A stretch of 63,929 nucleotides of DNA, filler included, from Choristocarpus tenellus KU-1152 (GCA_964200185.2; 13 parts of 13 records of this genome joined end to end with filler, not necessarily neighbours in it), one strand, 5' to 3'. Positions 27,706 to 40,740 are shown, counted from the whole stretch's first letter. A program made the numbers and translations. The notes: a model not told the origin generated them from the letters alone.

Positions 27706-29436
27706 TCAGAGATCATCGAGGCCCTTCTTCAGAGCACACAAGAGGTCATGCGTATCCTCCACCCCACACGAAACTCGAACAAAGCCATCCGTGATGCCCA
27801 CCTTCAACCTGAATGTCACAACCAACACGAGCAAACAATTTACAACGGTAGTGAGAGGTGGGTAAAGTCAAATGCAGTGGACAAGTATGGGGTAAGGTAG
27901 GGGGTAGGCCCTCAGCCCTCACTGTGGCATGTGGGGACCAGCGTGCTATGCTGTGTGTAGGTTTGCAAACCCAGGGGATGGTTTGTACCCTATCCAAGCC
28001 TTTTTTCAGCGATGTGTCTCCTCAACCCCTACCAAGGATGAAGCCTGCTGCATGGCTATCCTGAAGTACAACTTGAAGCTTAGGAGATGGTCTGGAGTGT
28101 GAGAAGACAGCCGGCAAGTAAAGGTTCTAGAATAAAAGAGACAAGCACCTACAGTACAACTACAATGGACAGAACATTCAAGCAAAGGTTAGGGTTAGGG
28201 TTAGGGCAGAACATTCAAGCAAATTAAAAAAAATGTGCACAGACCTAACCCTTTTCCTTCAATCGACTCAACAACCCAAGACAGACACGCCTGCCTCCAT
28301 GCTCTTATCAACACATCAAACATGCTGCAGCATCACGGGGCAACACTCTTCTCAGCTAGGCAAACAAACACATCAGTACGATTGTATGCTCTCAATCAAT
28401 CATACAGACAGGTAGGTAGGTGGGGCACATGGAAAGCAGCAACACTTGTAGGTCAACGCACTTAACAAGCTGAACAACAATCCTCTTTGAAGCAAAAGTC
28501 TTGTTCAACCCTAAGTACAAGGGAAGACTCACCGATCCTCCTTGAGCATATTGGCATGGGTCATTACCGCAGGGCAGGTCAGGATAGACTCCGTAGCCCC
28601 AAGGTTCTCACAAAGGCTCCAAGGTCGCTGCACTGTATTCATGAGTTTGCGCCCCGCCTCCGTTCCCCCTTTCACCTCAAACCACAGCATGGACCCATGG
28701 ATGCCATTCAGGTGTTGCGCATCTGCCAATGCCTTCTGGGGGAAGCTCGCCAGGCCTGGATAGTGTACAACATCCACCTATTAATACATGCGGAATCAAA
28801 ATAAAAACCCCGAAGGAGGGTGGGGGGACGGAGGGGGGATGAAGTAACAAGAGGGCGGGCGGTCATGAAGGGACGGGTGTTTTTCCACACAAGTAAAAAC
28901 TGTTTTATTATTAAACATTCGTACTACTCCTTTTCTTTGACATACTGAGTGACTCATACTCACAAACCCCAGCCCTCATATTCTTGAGCCAAAAAAAATG
29001 TTCTCATTTTTCCCTGAAAAAAATAAATAAATAGAACACCGTTGTATATATTACAAGGATACAACAGTATCAAATCGTGAGCAGTAAGTAATAAAAAATA
29101 TATATCGTTATGCAACGATCCAAAACAGATTTATTTATTTTTTCAAAAAAGACACTCTGCCAAGACACCACCTACCTTACCTGCCTTTCCAAACCCCCAG
29201 CAGACAGAAAGAAACGTTCACAGAGCCTCATCTTATCCCCCCCCCTTTCCAGAACCGAACTGTTCGTGACACAAGACTCATCCTCTATGTATGAGTCATA
29301 CAGGAGGGTCTGTCAGTCTCTCACCATAGGGTGGCTTTCAAGCATCTCAGCAATAGCCTGCGCCGTTGTGCATTGCTGTCGGAAGCGAAGAGCCATGGTC
29401 TTACTATGCTGCAGGATGTAGAACGAACATTGCGGA
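27706..29436 (-). CDS. Cys/Met-metabolism PLP-dependent lyase (cystathionine gamma-lyase/synthase or methionine gamma-lyase family), 3' exons
   Basis: In-phase exons 29436-29325 (KTMALRF...AEMLESHPM), 28777-28533 (VHYPGL...ENLGATESILTCPAVMTHA), 27808-27706 (GITDGFVRVSCGVED...L*). Confidence 0.9.
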
Positions 29437-29640
29437 CTGGGCAGGGAGAGGGTGGGAAGAGCATGGGGGGGAGCGGGGGGGGGGGGATCAGCCAGGAGCA
29501 AACTTCAGTAGGAAGACCCTGTACTGCGCTAGTCATCTCCTTGCATCCTGTAGCAAAACAGTTAGTTCTTCTTGCCGTAGGATATTGATGCTCTGGGCTT
29601 GCCAACATAAAAAATAAATATAATACCACCTGTTGCAAAA

Positions 29641-29681
<41 letters not shown>

Positions 29682-30247
29682 GTGTATAATGACAAGTCAC
29701 TGCATCCCCCTCCCCACCAGCCATGTCTACCCTGACAGAGAAAACTAGGACAAAGATAGAATTTACGCAATTATATGCAAGTCCTGATAGAATATTACAA
29801 CAGAGACACTTTTCGCAGCCTCTAAAAAAACAAAAAAAAGGTGTCCGATGAGGTATGATATTTGTCTTGACAAGAACAGTTCTAGAAGAAACGGGGTAAG
29901 CCACACTCAACCTGTTTGCATACAAGATGAAGTATGCGGCTGTGTGAGCAGCAGCAGGGAAAAAACAAAAATGCACAAATTTGCACAAGAAATTCTAACC
30001 TATGATCACTCTAATACCATGCACACGGATTGGACACAACTATGGACAAAAGAAAAGGCCCAAATAGCCAACAATAACATTTTTTATTTATGAGTGGAGT
30101 AGTAGGGGGGGGGGGGGGGGGGGGAGAGGGTGGGTGAGAACAGGGGGNNNNNNNNNNNNNNNNNNNNNNNNNNNNNNNNNNNNNNNNNNNNTTAATTAAT
30201 TAANNNNNNNNNNNNNNNNNNNNNNNNNNNNNNNNNNNNNNNNNNNN

Positions 30248-30412
30248 GGGGGGGGGGAGGGTGCGACACCAGGGTGTCCATTTGGGCCAAAACCAGGAAA
30301 AGTGCACTTTCAATTATCCATCCGACGTATGGAGCCAAATCACCAAAAAAACGCAACATGAAAAAATTGACCCCAAATGGACAGCCGCCACCCCCCCCAA
30401 ATACTTTTGGCC
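30248..30412. mobile_element. MITE family B copy at contig start
   Basis: GTCCATTTGG...CCAAATGGAC inverted core; matches 52469-52643. Confidence 0.75.
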
Positions 30413-31554
30413 TGATTCAGTTCCTGCGAAATACGGACCTCGTTCTTTCCAAAAATCAATGAATCAAAACCCATTCGACCAATCATATCCATTCCCAAAC
30501 CTGTGCTTCGATCCCCACTTGCTTTAGTCACAGACAGGGCGAGCAATAGAAGTTGATACCATTGGGGCAAAGACCTACCTTCATTGCTCAATCCACTGAG
30601 GAATGTCCAGGGAAGGGTCGAAATTGACGGAAGCTAACACGGGCTACGGCAGACTGCTCTTTCGCCACAGGGTGCCCTCTAACCGTGCTGAAGATGGTTT
30701 GAATTTGCTTGTCACCTTCAGGTGGCATTCCTTATTTTTTTGTGTTTTCTTTTTGGTAGTGAATTTCATTTTGCACATACAATATACTGATTTTTGTAGT
30801 GGATTTTCTTATCGCTGTTGGACGAAACATCATAATGAATTTCATTTCACGCAACATTATATTGTAAGTTACATATTTTACACGTAACTATAGCGAATCG
30901 AACTTCCTCATTTGGGAGGTTCGCGCGCGCACTTACTGCTCGCAGTGGTTAAAGCACGAGAAGAAATGCCTGTGCTATTCGCCTGTAACAAACGTGTGAC
31001 AGTAACTTATTCTGTTGCATTATACATGAATGAATGATCACATCTTAGTGTCGATAGTCGGTGCTATCGCCAACAACCACTCCTTCAAATCAAACAAATT
31101 ACTTCTAGGATCGCAACTACATTTTAGGATATATACTGGAAGAGAAAATAGTTTCTACTGTTGTATGTAACTCTTCATATATTTTCATAACTTTGACGGC
31201 CCCTTCTGTAAAAAATAGAATATCTTTCTCAGTTAGCTGACAGTACGAGGATAGCCTATGCATGTTGCTGTATACATATAGGTAGGTAGGGCTGATTCCC
31301 ATGTTTGATGCTGGTGGGCATAGCGTAACCTATCATCACACATCCTCCAGCAGGCCCCCATCTTATCAAGCCTAACCCACGATTAATGCCATCATTACTA
31401 CTACTAAAATTGTAGTAGTAGTAGTGCTTATTTACTTCTTCATGTCGAGTCTTCATCAACATTAAAGTATCCCAGTGGGTGCAACCCCTCCAATGGTTAT
31501 CCTTACTTATTATACCCTTTCTGGAGTCTTCTTAAAATTCCATCACTACATTTT

Positions 31555-31609
<55 letters not shown>

Positions 31610-34600
31610 TCTCCATATTCATACTCACCGTCTCCCNNNNNNNNNNTTTTCTTTTTTTCCCTTTCTTGGATCTTTCTCAAATAACCCCCGCGCACTTTCC
31701 CCCCCCCCCCCCCCCCCCCCCCCCATTGAACACCCATCTATCTGCAATGTAGTTGTCATAGTTGTAAGTGCGCGATCCCAACGATTACACTGTCCTTTTT
31801 TTGCACCATCTAATGTTGTATCAGTGGAATGTGGACATATTCACCTATTCCTATATATGTTAATCTGGAGTGGTAAGACCGAAACTCAATTTTTACACTG
31901 AATGTTTCTTGGATATTTTTCCTAGAGAAGTTATTCTGGTGTCAAACTTAATTTTGTTTGTTTGTTGTCGTACTGGGCGCAGTACAATCATTGTGATTAC
32001 GTCTTCGATGCCCAGAAGTATTCGTAGCAAGATGGACAAGAAAAAGTGTGTACTGAACTGTAGGTATGCCTGGATTCATGGTGAGTGCATAGCCTGCCCA
32101 TGTATGGGTTTGTGTGAAAGGGGAGCGAGCTTTAAAGGCACTGTTGTTGCTGTGCATTATCGTATGCCACACATTCCCTCCAATCAATGTCCTGTTCAAC
32201 CCATGCATACATGTGTAACCTGTTTTGATTTGAAGTATTGACTAGAAGATCAAGCGTTGGAGCATCCCAAAAATAACTACACTAACTACGGTGTATGGTT
32301 CAAGTACTGGTACAGCAGTCTTCAGTACAAAAGACTAGAGATGACAAGGTATGAGGTGCCAATCCGAAGATAGTACCGCCCTAAAACAATCATAGCGAAA
32401 GGCAATGTACAACCAGAAGAGGGGATTGGTGTTTCAGTCTAAAAAACGCATCAACCTCATAAAGTGGCTTCAGATACTACATATTCGGATCACGTCAAAT
32501 GCAATTCGACAATATGGTCTTTGTCTAGTGCAGTGCACCACTGGTCCTGTTGGTTAGTGACCTTTCTTTATCTCCAAACCCTCAACTCCAATCCCAAACT
32601 TGTCAAGGTCGTCTTGGAGATGCATTTCCACTACTTCTCCTCTCTGCCTTCTGTTTTCCGTTCGTACTCCCCAAACATCAATATCTTTGAAAGTTGCTCA
32701 TCCCCCATCGGACTAAGCGACCCAGGAAATAGGAGCCTTTGCTTCCTCCATAACTCTCACACCAATCAGTTCAATACTAAAAATTATTACTCCAAGCCAA
32801 TCAAAATGCGAGAAATGTTTATCCGTTCCACAATTCAGACCAAAAAATGTATATTTTGCGAATAGAACAGGAAAGATCACCCCTTCCCTTCCTGGATCAA
32901 TGATATTGGTGGTTTGCAAAATCAGTCTATTTCTCATACACTTTCAAGTCCAATTCCCCTCTGTATTGTCCGAAAATGTCCTAGGTGTACCTTATACCGT
33001 ATACTCCCCCCTTATTTGTTTTATTACAGGATAGCAAGGGACAGGTGTGCCTCCCCAAGGTACGTCCCACCTTGTCCATCGAACTCAAAATTCCTATAAA
33101 GAAATTGTGGCATCTACAACTGGACTTGGAACTGGGCCCTCGACTCCCTCGACAAAGTGTGGGTGGATAATCAACAACCACCTGACCTATGAAGTCAATG
33201 ACGTCAACGGTTCTGCGCGCTGTTGAACTATCCCACACTGGACCCGTGGCTTTTATGGTGTTTTAATGAAGGACAAAGAACAGCTTGATGTAGATGAGTA
33301 AAGTTAATATTACAAGGAACTTGTGGTCTCGATTCCGCTGACTGAGCATGTGGATGAGACTAGCCTAAACTACCATTATTATTTCTACAGTGTGGGGTTT
33401 GTAATCGTCCACTCTAATTTGTATGAATCACTTATTTACTTGTCTTAATATATATATTTATGTATCTTTGTGGAAAGCATGTTTGTCTGTTATTATACCG
33501 TTATTGCCATATGCCATATACCGTTNNNNNNNNNNNNNNNNNNNNNNNNNNNNNNNNNNNNNNNNNNNNTTAATTAATTAANNNNNNNNNNNNNNNNNNN
33601 NNNNNNNNNNNNNNNNNNNNNNNNNTTTGTTTTCTCTCTCCTCCCCCCCCCCCCCCCCCCCCCCCCCCTGACTTCTTTTTTTTTTCTTGAATTGTTTAAT
33701 TTAATGCGGTGCGCAGGGAAGTGTTCTTTGTTTTTTTTTCTGGTTGTGATCCGATTCGATTGCGGCAGGGTAAGGTATTTAGTGTTCTGTTTACACTATA
33801 GGCCATCAGAAAGAATATTCCGATGGATATCATACTGTCTTGTCGAAGGCCAATTTAGGGGTGAGGGTTAGTTGACGGAAATGGGGTGTGCATGTCCTGA
33901 AACCTTAGACTCAAAAACCTGTTTGTGTAAATACTCTACTCTTTTTCTGCCCCCTGTCAAGATGTGTATTGAGATATCGTTTGTTTTGTACGTAACCGAC
34001 TTGTAATTGAGTTGGGAAATCAATTTTGTTTGTACAGAGGTCACAGCTCCTCTTAGCGCACCATCTTGTCCATCTTAAGGGGTTAGGGTTGCGACTCTTG
34101 TCCATAGGGTTCTTTAGTTGCTAAAAGAGGAATATACTAAATTTTCACTTTTCAGTTTTATCACTTTTTTTATTTGGTTCTGTTTGGCTGTTTCTTCGCG
34201 AATACGAATACGAATACGAATACTTTCCCGGTGAAGTATGTCTCAAGTTGAAGGTCTAGAGATTATTGTTCGGAGGAAGGGATTTTTGGTTTCGTATTTT
34301 GTTCCGATATAGTCCTGAATGTGTTCCGAGAAGCGGAATCGAAAAATTGATCCTTTTCCGCCCCAGTTTTGGTGACTGCCCTGCGCCCAATGGCGGGTAC
34401 AACGTTCCCCCATCATCACACAACATCTCAGCACCTCGCATCACATCGTCACATCATCACCAAGAGCCGTACCGCTCTCGCTTGGCCTCCCGACCATCTG
34501 TGACATGAGTCCCAAAGCCAATATAGTCACTCCGGCGAGTCCGCCGTCTTTTGCTGGGAACCCATTGGCCCCGAGATAAAAAGTAATCGAGCTGAGTGAG

Positions 34601-34745
34601 GAAAGGTCAAAACTAATCAAAGCTGGTCGTGCGCAACACTTTGGCACTACCGCTGCCCGGTAAGAAATGGCCTCCCAAAGGCGTTGGCTCAAAGTTTGAG
34701 TGATATCTCAAAGTGATGGGCACAACAAAGGTGAAATGGCACATT

Positions 34746-35013
34746 GAGCGAAGGTATCTTAGGGTTAGGGTACGAGTTTTGCCCTGTTTGTCCGTTTGGG
34801 GCTTGGCTTCCCTAGTTGGGGTTTTCATGACATTTTCCTGTTCCGAAACGTTTCGGAGTGTGTAAAATGTATACGTTATGAAAAGGGTGTGTCCGGAACA
34901 AGGATATTTAGACTTCCTAACAAAACACAATACCCAAAATTTCATCAAAATCGCAACATTGGATTTTGGCCCCCCAAATGGACGCGGCTCTACCCTCTAA
35001 GATACTTTGGCTT
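34746..35013. mobile_element. MITE family A copy, TSD ATT
   Basis: TIRs plus ATT on both flanks. Confidence 0.85.
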
Positions 35014-35453
35014 ATTCCCCCAAGCCTGTCACTGATGCATCGAAAGGAACCAGGTAGATATCATCCTTGACCAACCGGCAATGAACTGCTTCAAGTACAG
35101 AAGCATGATTCATCACGGCCTCAGCATGATTCGTATCGACGAAGGATGGTTCTACCTCATCCGTGGGTGGTGATGAAGGGGAGCGCGTCCACATGTTCCG
35201 TGGGTTGGGAGGTAGAGGAAAGGGTGGGTTCCACTAAGGTACAGCACAAGAGTCACATTCCTAAGGTGATGTTCACTTATGCTGTTTGACACCCGTGTCC
35301 TTTCCACCATCTCAACGGCAAGATTGGAATCTGGCGTGTTTGTATCATCAAGCAGGCGTACGAAATTAGAGAAATTCGAAACGGCCGTACGTGAGAAGGG
35401 GTCAAATCATAGAAGGGGTCAAGCAGCTGTATGGCGTCGATCGTCACATCATT

Positions 35454-35698
35454 GACCGCGTCCATTTGGGGTCCAAAATCCATTGTTGCGATTTTGTCGT
35501 AATTTTGGCTGTCGTGTTTATTGGGACTTGTCAGTATTCTTGTTTCCGACACACCTTTCCATAACATTCACATTTTACCACATTTTACCTCCTCCTAAAC
35601 ATTTTCGAGTAGGAAAATGTCATACAGAAAAACATGGGAAGCCACGTCCCAAATGGACAAACAGGGCAGAACTCGTACCCTCTAAGATACTTTCACTC
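35454..35698. mobile_element. MITE family A copy, inverted, one TIR partly deleted
   Basis: Body matches family A. Confidence 0.8.
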
Positions 35699-36269
35699 AT
35701 GCCAAGTTGTACCTGGAGACTTTTCTCCCAGCGTTGAAGAGAAAAATGCCGTGGTTGGAGGGTGATGAGGTGGTAAGCAGCATGACAGAACGACTGCACG
35801 CACGAGGGAAAAAAATGTGCTGCAGAAGCTCAACGGAGTTGGGAGGGGGGGGGGGAGGTGGAACGTGTACCTCGTAGTGCAGCCTGCGTGGTCAACTGAT
35901 CTCAACATCAACGATTTGGGGTTATTTGAATCCCTAACAAGTGGAGCTTGGAGAGATCATTTTTGGTACAATAGACGACCTTGTGAAGGGGGTAAAGAGC
36001 ATGTACGGTGAATAAGACAAAGCCTACTTGAGAGAGGATGCGTTAGAGCGTCCTTAAACGATACAATCAAGTTTTAGCGCACCGGAAATAGGAAAATTGG
36101 TGTGAGGGAAGTCTGCCAAGATCGGTCAGAATCGACAGAGGGGCTTTTGGTGCAGGGGTGGATTGGTGAATTGATGGGCATGAGAAAAGCGACAAAGAAT
36201 GACTTTGAGTGAAAGTACCTTAGAGGGTATGAGTTTTTCCCTGTTTGTCCATTTGGGGCTTGGCTTCCC

Positions 36270-36392
36270 TGTAATGCATACAATACTAAAACCAGCTTCC
36301 ACAATTCCAAAATTAGCCATTAGACCAGCTCCACCTGCTCCAACAGCTATAATATCAAATTCATGGTTAATTACATTGTAAGTCTTCGACAT
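36270..36392 (-). pseudogene. sdhA: Bacterial succinate dehydrogenase flavoprotein N-terminus (41 codons)
   Basis: [24 protein letters not shown]...CIT; FAD-binding GAGGAG; no presequence; SD-like AGGGT upstream. Confidence 0.85.
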
Positions 36393-36406
36393 AAATTATA
36401 ACCCTA

Positions 36407-36458
36407 CTATAAAGTTATTACATATAAGACAGCTACTAAGAATGTAGTAGCCATCACT
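36407..36458 (-). pseudogene. Probable C-terminus of sdhD membrane anchor
   Basis: Hydrophobic VMATTFLVAVLYVITL* ends 14 nt before the sdhA ATG, matching sdhCDAB order. Confidence 0.5.
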
Positions 36459-38586
36459 ATGGGTCTTTAATGGCATTTTACCTATACTCCAAAATGTTTC
36501 GGAGTAGGTAGAATGTGTATGTTATGAAAGGTGTATCCGGCACAAGGATATTGACATCTCCTAACAAACACGATAGCCAAAATTACATCAGAATTGAATC
36601 ATTGGTTTTTGACCCCCAAATGGATGCAGCTCTACCCTCTCAGATACTTGACCTCTTCCACGTAAAAAACAGAAAGGAATCCAACGTAAAAAACTTTTTT
36701 TCATCGTAGATCGTCTTGAGAAGTTACACCCTTCGCTTGCGTGGCAGACTTATGGGACAGAGGGATTATGTGGAGTTGTGTGATCAGTATGTAACGGAAT
36801 GTAACTGTAATACTTGAACGTGCTGGTTTTTTCTCATGTATTTTTAGTTTGAACGATTACAAACCAGGCTCCTTTTTGGAGGGGCGGAGTGTGTTGCCTT
36901 GTTGGATACGACACAATGGGATGCATCAACTTCACAGACGGGTGCTTTGAATACACATTGCGTTCCTAGCCCTCTTTTCAGATACACTGATGACACAAAA
37001 GACAAAGTGGGAAATAGAAACTGATTACCAAGACCCACTTCTTATTTTTAGTTTTTAGGGGGGTTTTCGGTTTTGGCACTCCCAGCTAACCCGGTAAATT
37101 CTCCTCGATGACAGCGTTGGGAGGATGACGTGATGGTGTAAGATATGGATAATATGCACATAGTGTAACAGTACTACTTTGTAACGGTCTCTTGTTCAAC
37201 AATTGTGTTGTTTACCACCTACCAAAATCGGCGGCTTTTTTCATGTATTATTACGGAAGGAGTATTTGACGGTTTTTTAAGACCTTTTTGGAATATTTTG
37301 AGTTCGACAAAAACGAAATATCACTGGAGACCTGGGGGAAAAGGCGGATCTAATGCAGTTGTTTGAGGTCCTATCTCTGTGTGTAACCCAAGATATGTTC
37401 AGTTTTGGATCAAATTTGGAGGGAATACTTCAGTCCCACAAGGTAGACTGGAGCCATTGAAACCGCTGTAAATCTGCTACAGGTTGGTTGGTCCCATGAA
37501 GTGTGTATGGAATGAAAGCTGACATTCTAACTCATTGGTCAAGCTATGGTAGCACCTTTGATCAACAATACATGCAATAGAGTGCATTATTTGTAGAAGG
37601 GTAGTTTTTCTTTTTCATATTGACACCGTTGTTTTACCTGTTCATGATGTGAAACCTACATCATTGGAATGTCGATATACAAAGGACCCATAGGATAAGT
37701 TTATGGTGGCCCAAATCGTTTTTGTTGGCAGCGCAGAACATTTTAATATAGAAATATGTCGGACAACTCTGGGTTTCTTTTGATGTTCATTATTACATTA
37801 CGGACTTGGATTCGTCACCTTTGATATTGTCATGGTTGTCATCTTCCGTCTTGAGTTCCACCTCACAATCCTCCTGCAAATCTCCTCAACTGCTCCTCTC
37901 CCTACAGCATCCATTGCTCTCACCAACTCATCCCTATCTTTCAGCTCATCCAGAACATTTGTGAGGTTGAATTTGTCTCCCTCCAATATCTTGTACTATG
38001 TCTTGATGTATCCTGCCATGTCCCTCTGGGCATGGGCAATGAGCTTGCCACAATTTGCTGAGCCAGAGTATCTTAGAGGGTAGGGCCGCATCCATCTNNN
38101 NNNNNNNNNNNNNNNNNNNNNNNNNNNNNNNNNNNNNNNNNTTAATTAATTAANNNNNNNNNNNNNNNNNNNNNNNNNNNNNNNNNNNNNNNNNNNNGGA
38201 CCATTTGCAGGGGGGAGGGGGGTGGGCTTTCAGCGGGGTATCATGCAACCTCCTAGAGAAAAATCAACAGAGAGACTGGGCAGCAAAAAAGATCAATACT
38301 CAACACTTCAGCTGGTACTAAGCGCTGCAAACAATGGAAGTTTTTATGCAATTTGTCCTTGCATCACTGTCCAAATCACACACTGGCAACACGAGACCTG
38401 AAAATTGACTAAAAATGGTGTTTCCTGTAGTAAAGGTTTGCAATCAGTCAGCAAAAATCCTGCACTCACCCCACCTACCCCTAATGCCACCCTCACTTGC
38501 CACCCGCTTACCACTCCATTCAGCACACAAACACACACACAAAAGCACACAGCAATCATATCATGCGCATGACACTCATCACTGCA

Positions 38587-38860
38587 CGCACCGGCTCGGC
38601 TAACTCCGGGGTAATTGTCTCAAACTTCGGCAATCCCTTCTGTTGTAGCAGGGGGTTGGTCTGCTCCTCGGAATTCCCCAGTGCTGTGGATGCACGGGCT
38701 TCAGCCTCGGCCTCCTGCATTTCCCTCACTTCCTCCGACAAGAGAGGCGGCCAGGGCTCTTCCCCCATGAGCGTATCTTTCATCGACTGTGTTTGAGGGA
38801 CATTGTCCACAGCAGCCCCAGCACTACCACTCGCACCACTTTCCGAAGATCCATCCCGAA
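38587..38860 (-). CDS. Probable oligopeptidase A (peptidase M3) N-terminal exon
   Basis: TNPLLQQKGLPKFETITPELAEP resembles the M3A N-terminal NPLL...LP.F..I.PE motif; exon boundaries approximate. Confidence 0.55.
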
Positions 38861-39051
38861 GAGCTGAAACAATGGGACCCCACGAGAATACTGGGGCTGT
38901 ACAGACGGCGTGGGAATTGGCGAGTGATGCGAGACTTGTGATTTACAGGTTCCTCAGTCATGAAATGATTTCAACAAACACTCCAAGCCAATGTTGACTA
39001 TCTTATAACCCTTCAGTAAAATTTTTTCGAGTTTGACTTTCTAAATGGAAA

Positions 39052-40740
39052 ATGCGGCGAAGGCAGTCTTATTGCCTCCCCAACTATTGCACAATGTGGG
39101 TCCTAGTCGGCTGCCTCACCCCCTTTCTATCATTACTCTGCCACCACAATATTCTACCTACCCCTTCAGTGCACGCCAAAGTCTTACCAGCTCCCCGTCC
39201 AGCCAATATGCGCCTAGAAGTTGAGATAGATCCTCTAGGGATGTTGGCGCTTATTCCAATCACAGCACGGAAAGCTGCGCAACATGCAACATGATCATCG
39301 GACACAATGATTGGGTTGGAAAACACAGGTGTTGAGTATGGCTAAACTATTGAAGCCATGTATATGGCCATTCCTAAATCAACTTATGACAAGATATAAA
39401 GCACTTCAATCCAATTCATCAAGCCTATTGACGTATGCAATTGGCATGGTTGTAAGGTTTATAACAAGAGACTATTCACATGTCATCTTCCTCACCCCGA
39501 GCCGATCCCTGCAGCACCACCATCGCCGCAAGGGCTGAACCAAAGCGTTTCATTTCCGCGTCCTAGCTGGATCACTTTTCGATTTGCTGCCAGGGAAAGC
39601 CCCCTGGATCCTGTAGGTTATGTGGAGATAAAGAGATATGACCAAGTCAGAAATCTGTATCAAGTTGCAACAATTCAACAAATGACACGCGCGATCGCGT
39701 GACTCATTCTTAAAAAATTTCTTGTTCAAAGTGGCAACACCACACAAAATCATTACCGTGCATATTGGAGAGGTAGATCACATGTCAGTTCATCCAATGT
39801 GTATGATGTAGGATCTATCTTCACATGATCAACAGGCATGTGACCATTGGGCAATTCGCTTGGAGACACATTGTTAGTTCTAATAACAAATATCAACAAA
39901 GTGCAGGAGGTTTAGACCTTTTTTTCCTCTGTAAGATCCATTACTAACATACCAGAGCAAGCCCTCCAAGAGCTGGAGGGCAAGTGCAACAGTACACGTC
40001 TCTATTTCCTGGTAACTAGGTAGTGTCTGCAGGCGGATGAGTATCCCTTGGACCCTGGAGGATGGGAGTCCCTCTGGAATTTCATGATGCTCGGGTGATG
40101 TCAAACGCAACACCACTCCCTATAACAGCAGATTTCAAAAATTGAGGATGGAGCTTTGCATTGAGGATGAGCTTGACCCAAAATTGACTGAGATAAAGTG
40201 TCGATATATATATATATTTTAATGACAATACAAAAAAAAACATATCAACACTTTATCCCAGTCAATTTTGGGTTAGCTCATCCTCAACGAAAAGCTCCAT
40301 CCTCAATTTTTGAAATCTGCTGTTCTATGGGCAAAAGGGTCTCCTCCTGGAGGTGACCTTTGGAGAGGTTCAAGCGGACTATCGCATAGAATAATCAACA
40401 TTGACTAATAGCTTTGCTGCTATTGCAGCTGAAGCCGTGAAGCACGACCACTTATGAGGGGTTGTCTTTTGACTATCCATAGTTCAATCTCAACACGTTC
40501 GTGGTAGAAACCTTCACGTGTCTTGGCACACGGGCAGATCAATACCTGGATGAGCTTCCCACTTATGTGTGGGTGGTACGGGAGCTGAGGATCTCCGCAG
40601 GAAAGGAGTGGTGAAGGTCTGCCTGCGAAAGATTGTGTCCATCATGGCACATGTAACATTTTCAAGGTGAATCGTACACTTTAAGCTCAAGACACTAGGG
40701 CCAGTGGGCAAGGCAGGTCTTGACAGCCTCATGACATTCT
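39052..40740 (+). mobile_element. Degenerate non-LTR retrotransposon, RLE-endonuclease C-terminal region
   Basis: LLLEVTFGEVQAD...AAIAAEAVKHDH...FVVETF..LG...VGGTGAEDLRRKGVVKVCLRKIVS matches the LDVT...AEARK..Y...AVESFG pattern of RLE elements. Confidence 0.55.
40123..40325. mobile_element. MITE family D: ~85-bp TIRs, TA TSD (Stowaway/Tc1-mariner-like)
   Basis: AACAGCAGATTTCAAAAATTGAGGATGGAGC...GCTCCATCCTCAATTTTTGAAATCTGCTGTT; second partial copy at 41518-41586. Confidence 0.85.

Larger units (their letters stand above)
34500..36110 (+). pseudogene. Plant-type (DD39D-like) mariner transposase pseudogene interrupted by two MITEs
   Basis: Motifs in order: IRIDEGWFYL, VQHKSHIPKVMF, NGKIGIW, KQHD, QPAWSTDLNINDLGLF; frameshifts and stops. 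Confidence 0.85.
36207..36655. mobile_element. MITE family A copy carrying a 189-bp foreign insert
   Basis: Consensus CTTCCC|ATGGG split at 36269/36459; 260 bp remains once the insert is removed. Confidence 0.85.

Noticed and set aside
30899-30960. Hairpin plus tRNA D-arm-like GCAGTGGTTAAAGC
   Set aside because: No cloverleaf or downstream B box
36126-36392. Functional MITE-SdhA fusion ORF or NUMT
   Set aside because: Only 41 SdhA codons run into the MITE TIR; sdhA is not mitochondrially encoded
37798-38059. Coding-like minus-strand fragment
   Set aside because: In-frame stop, truncated by a MITE and the contig end; no recognisable family
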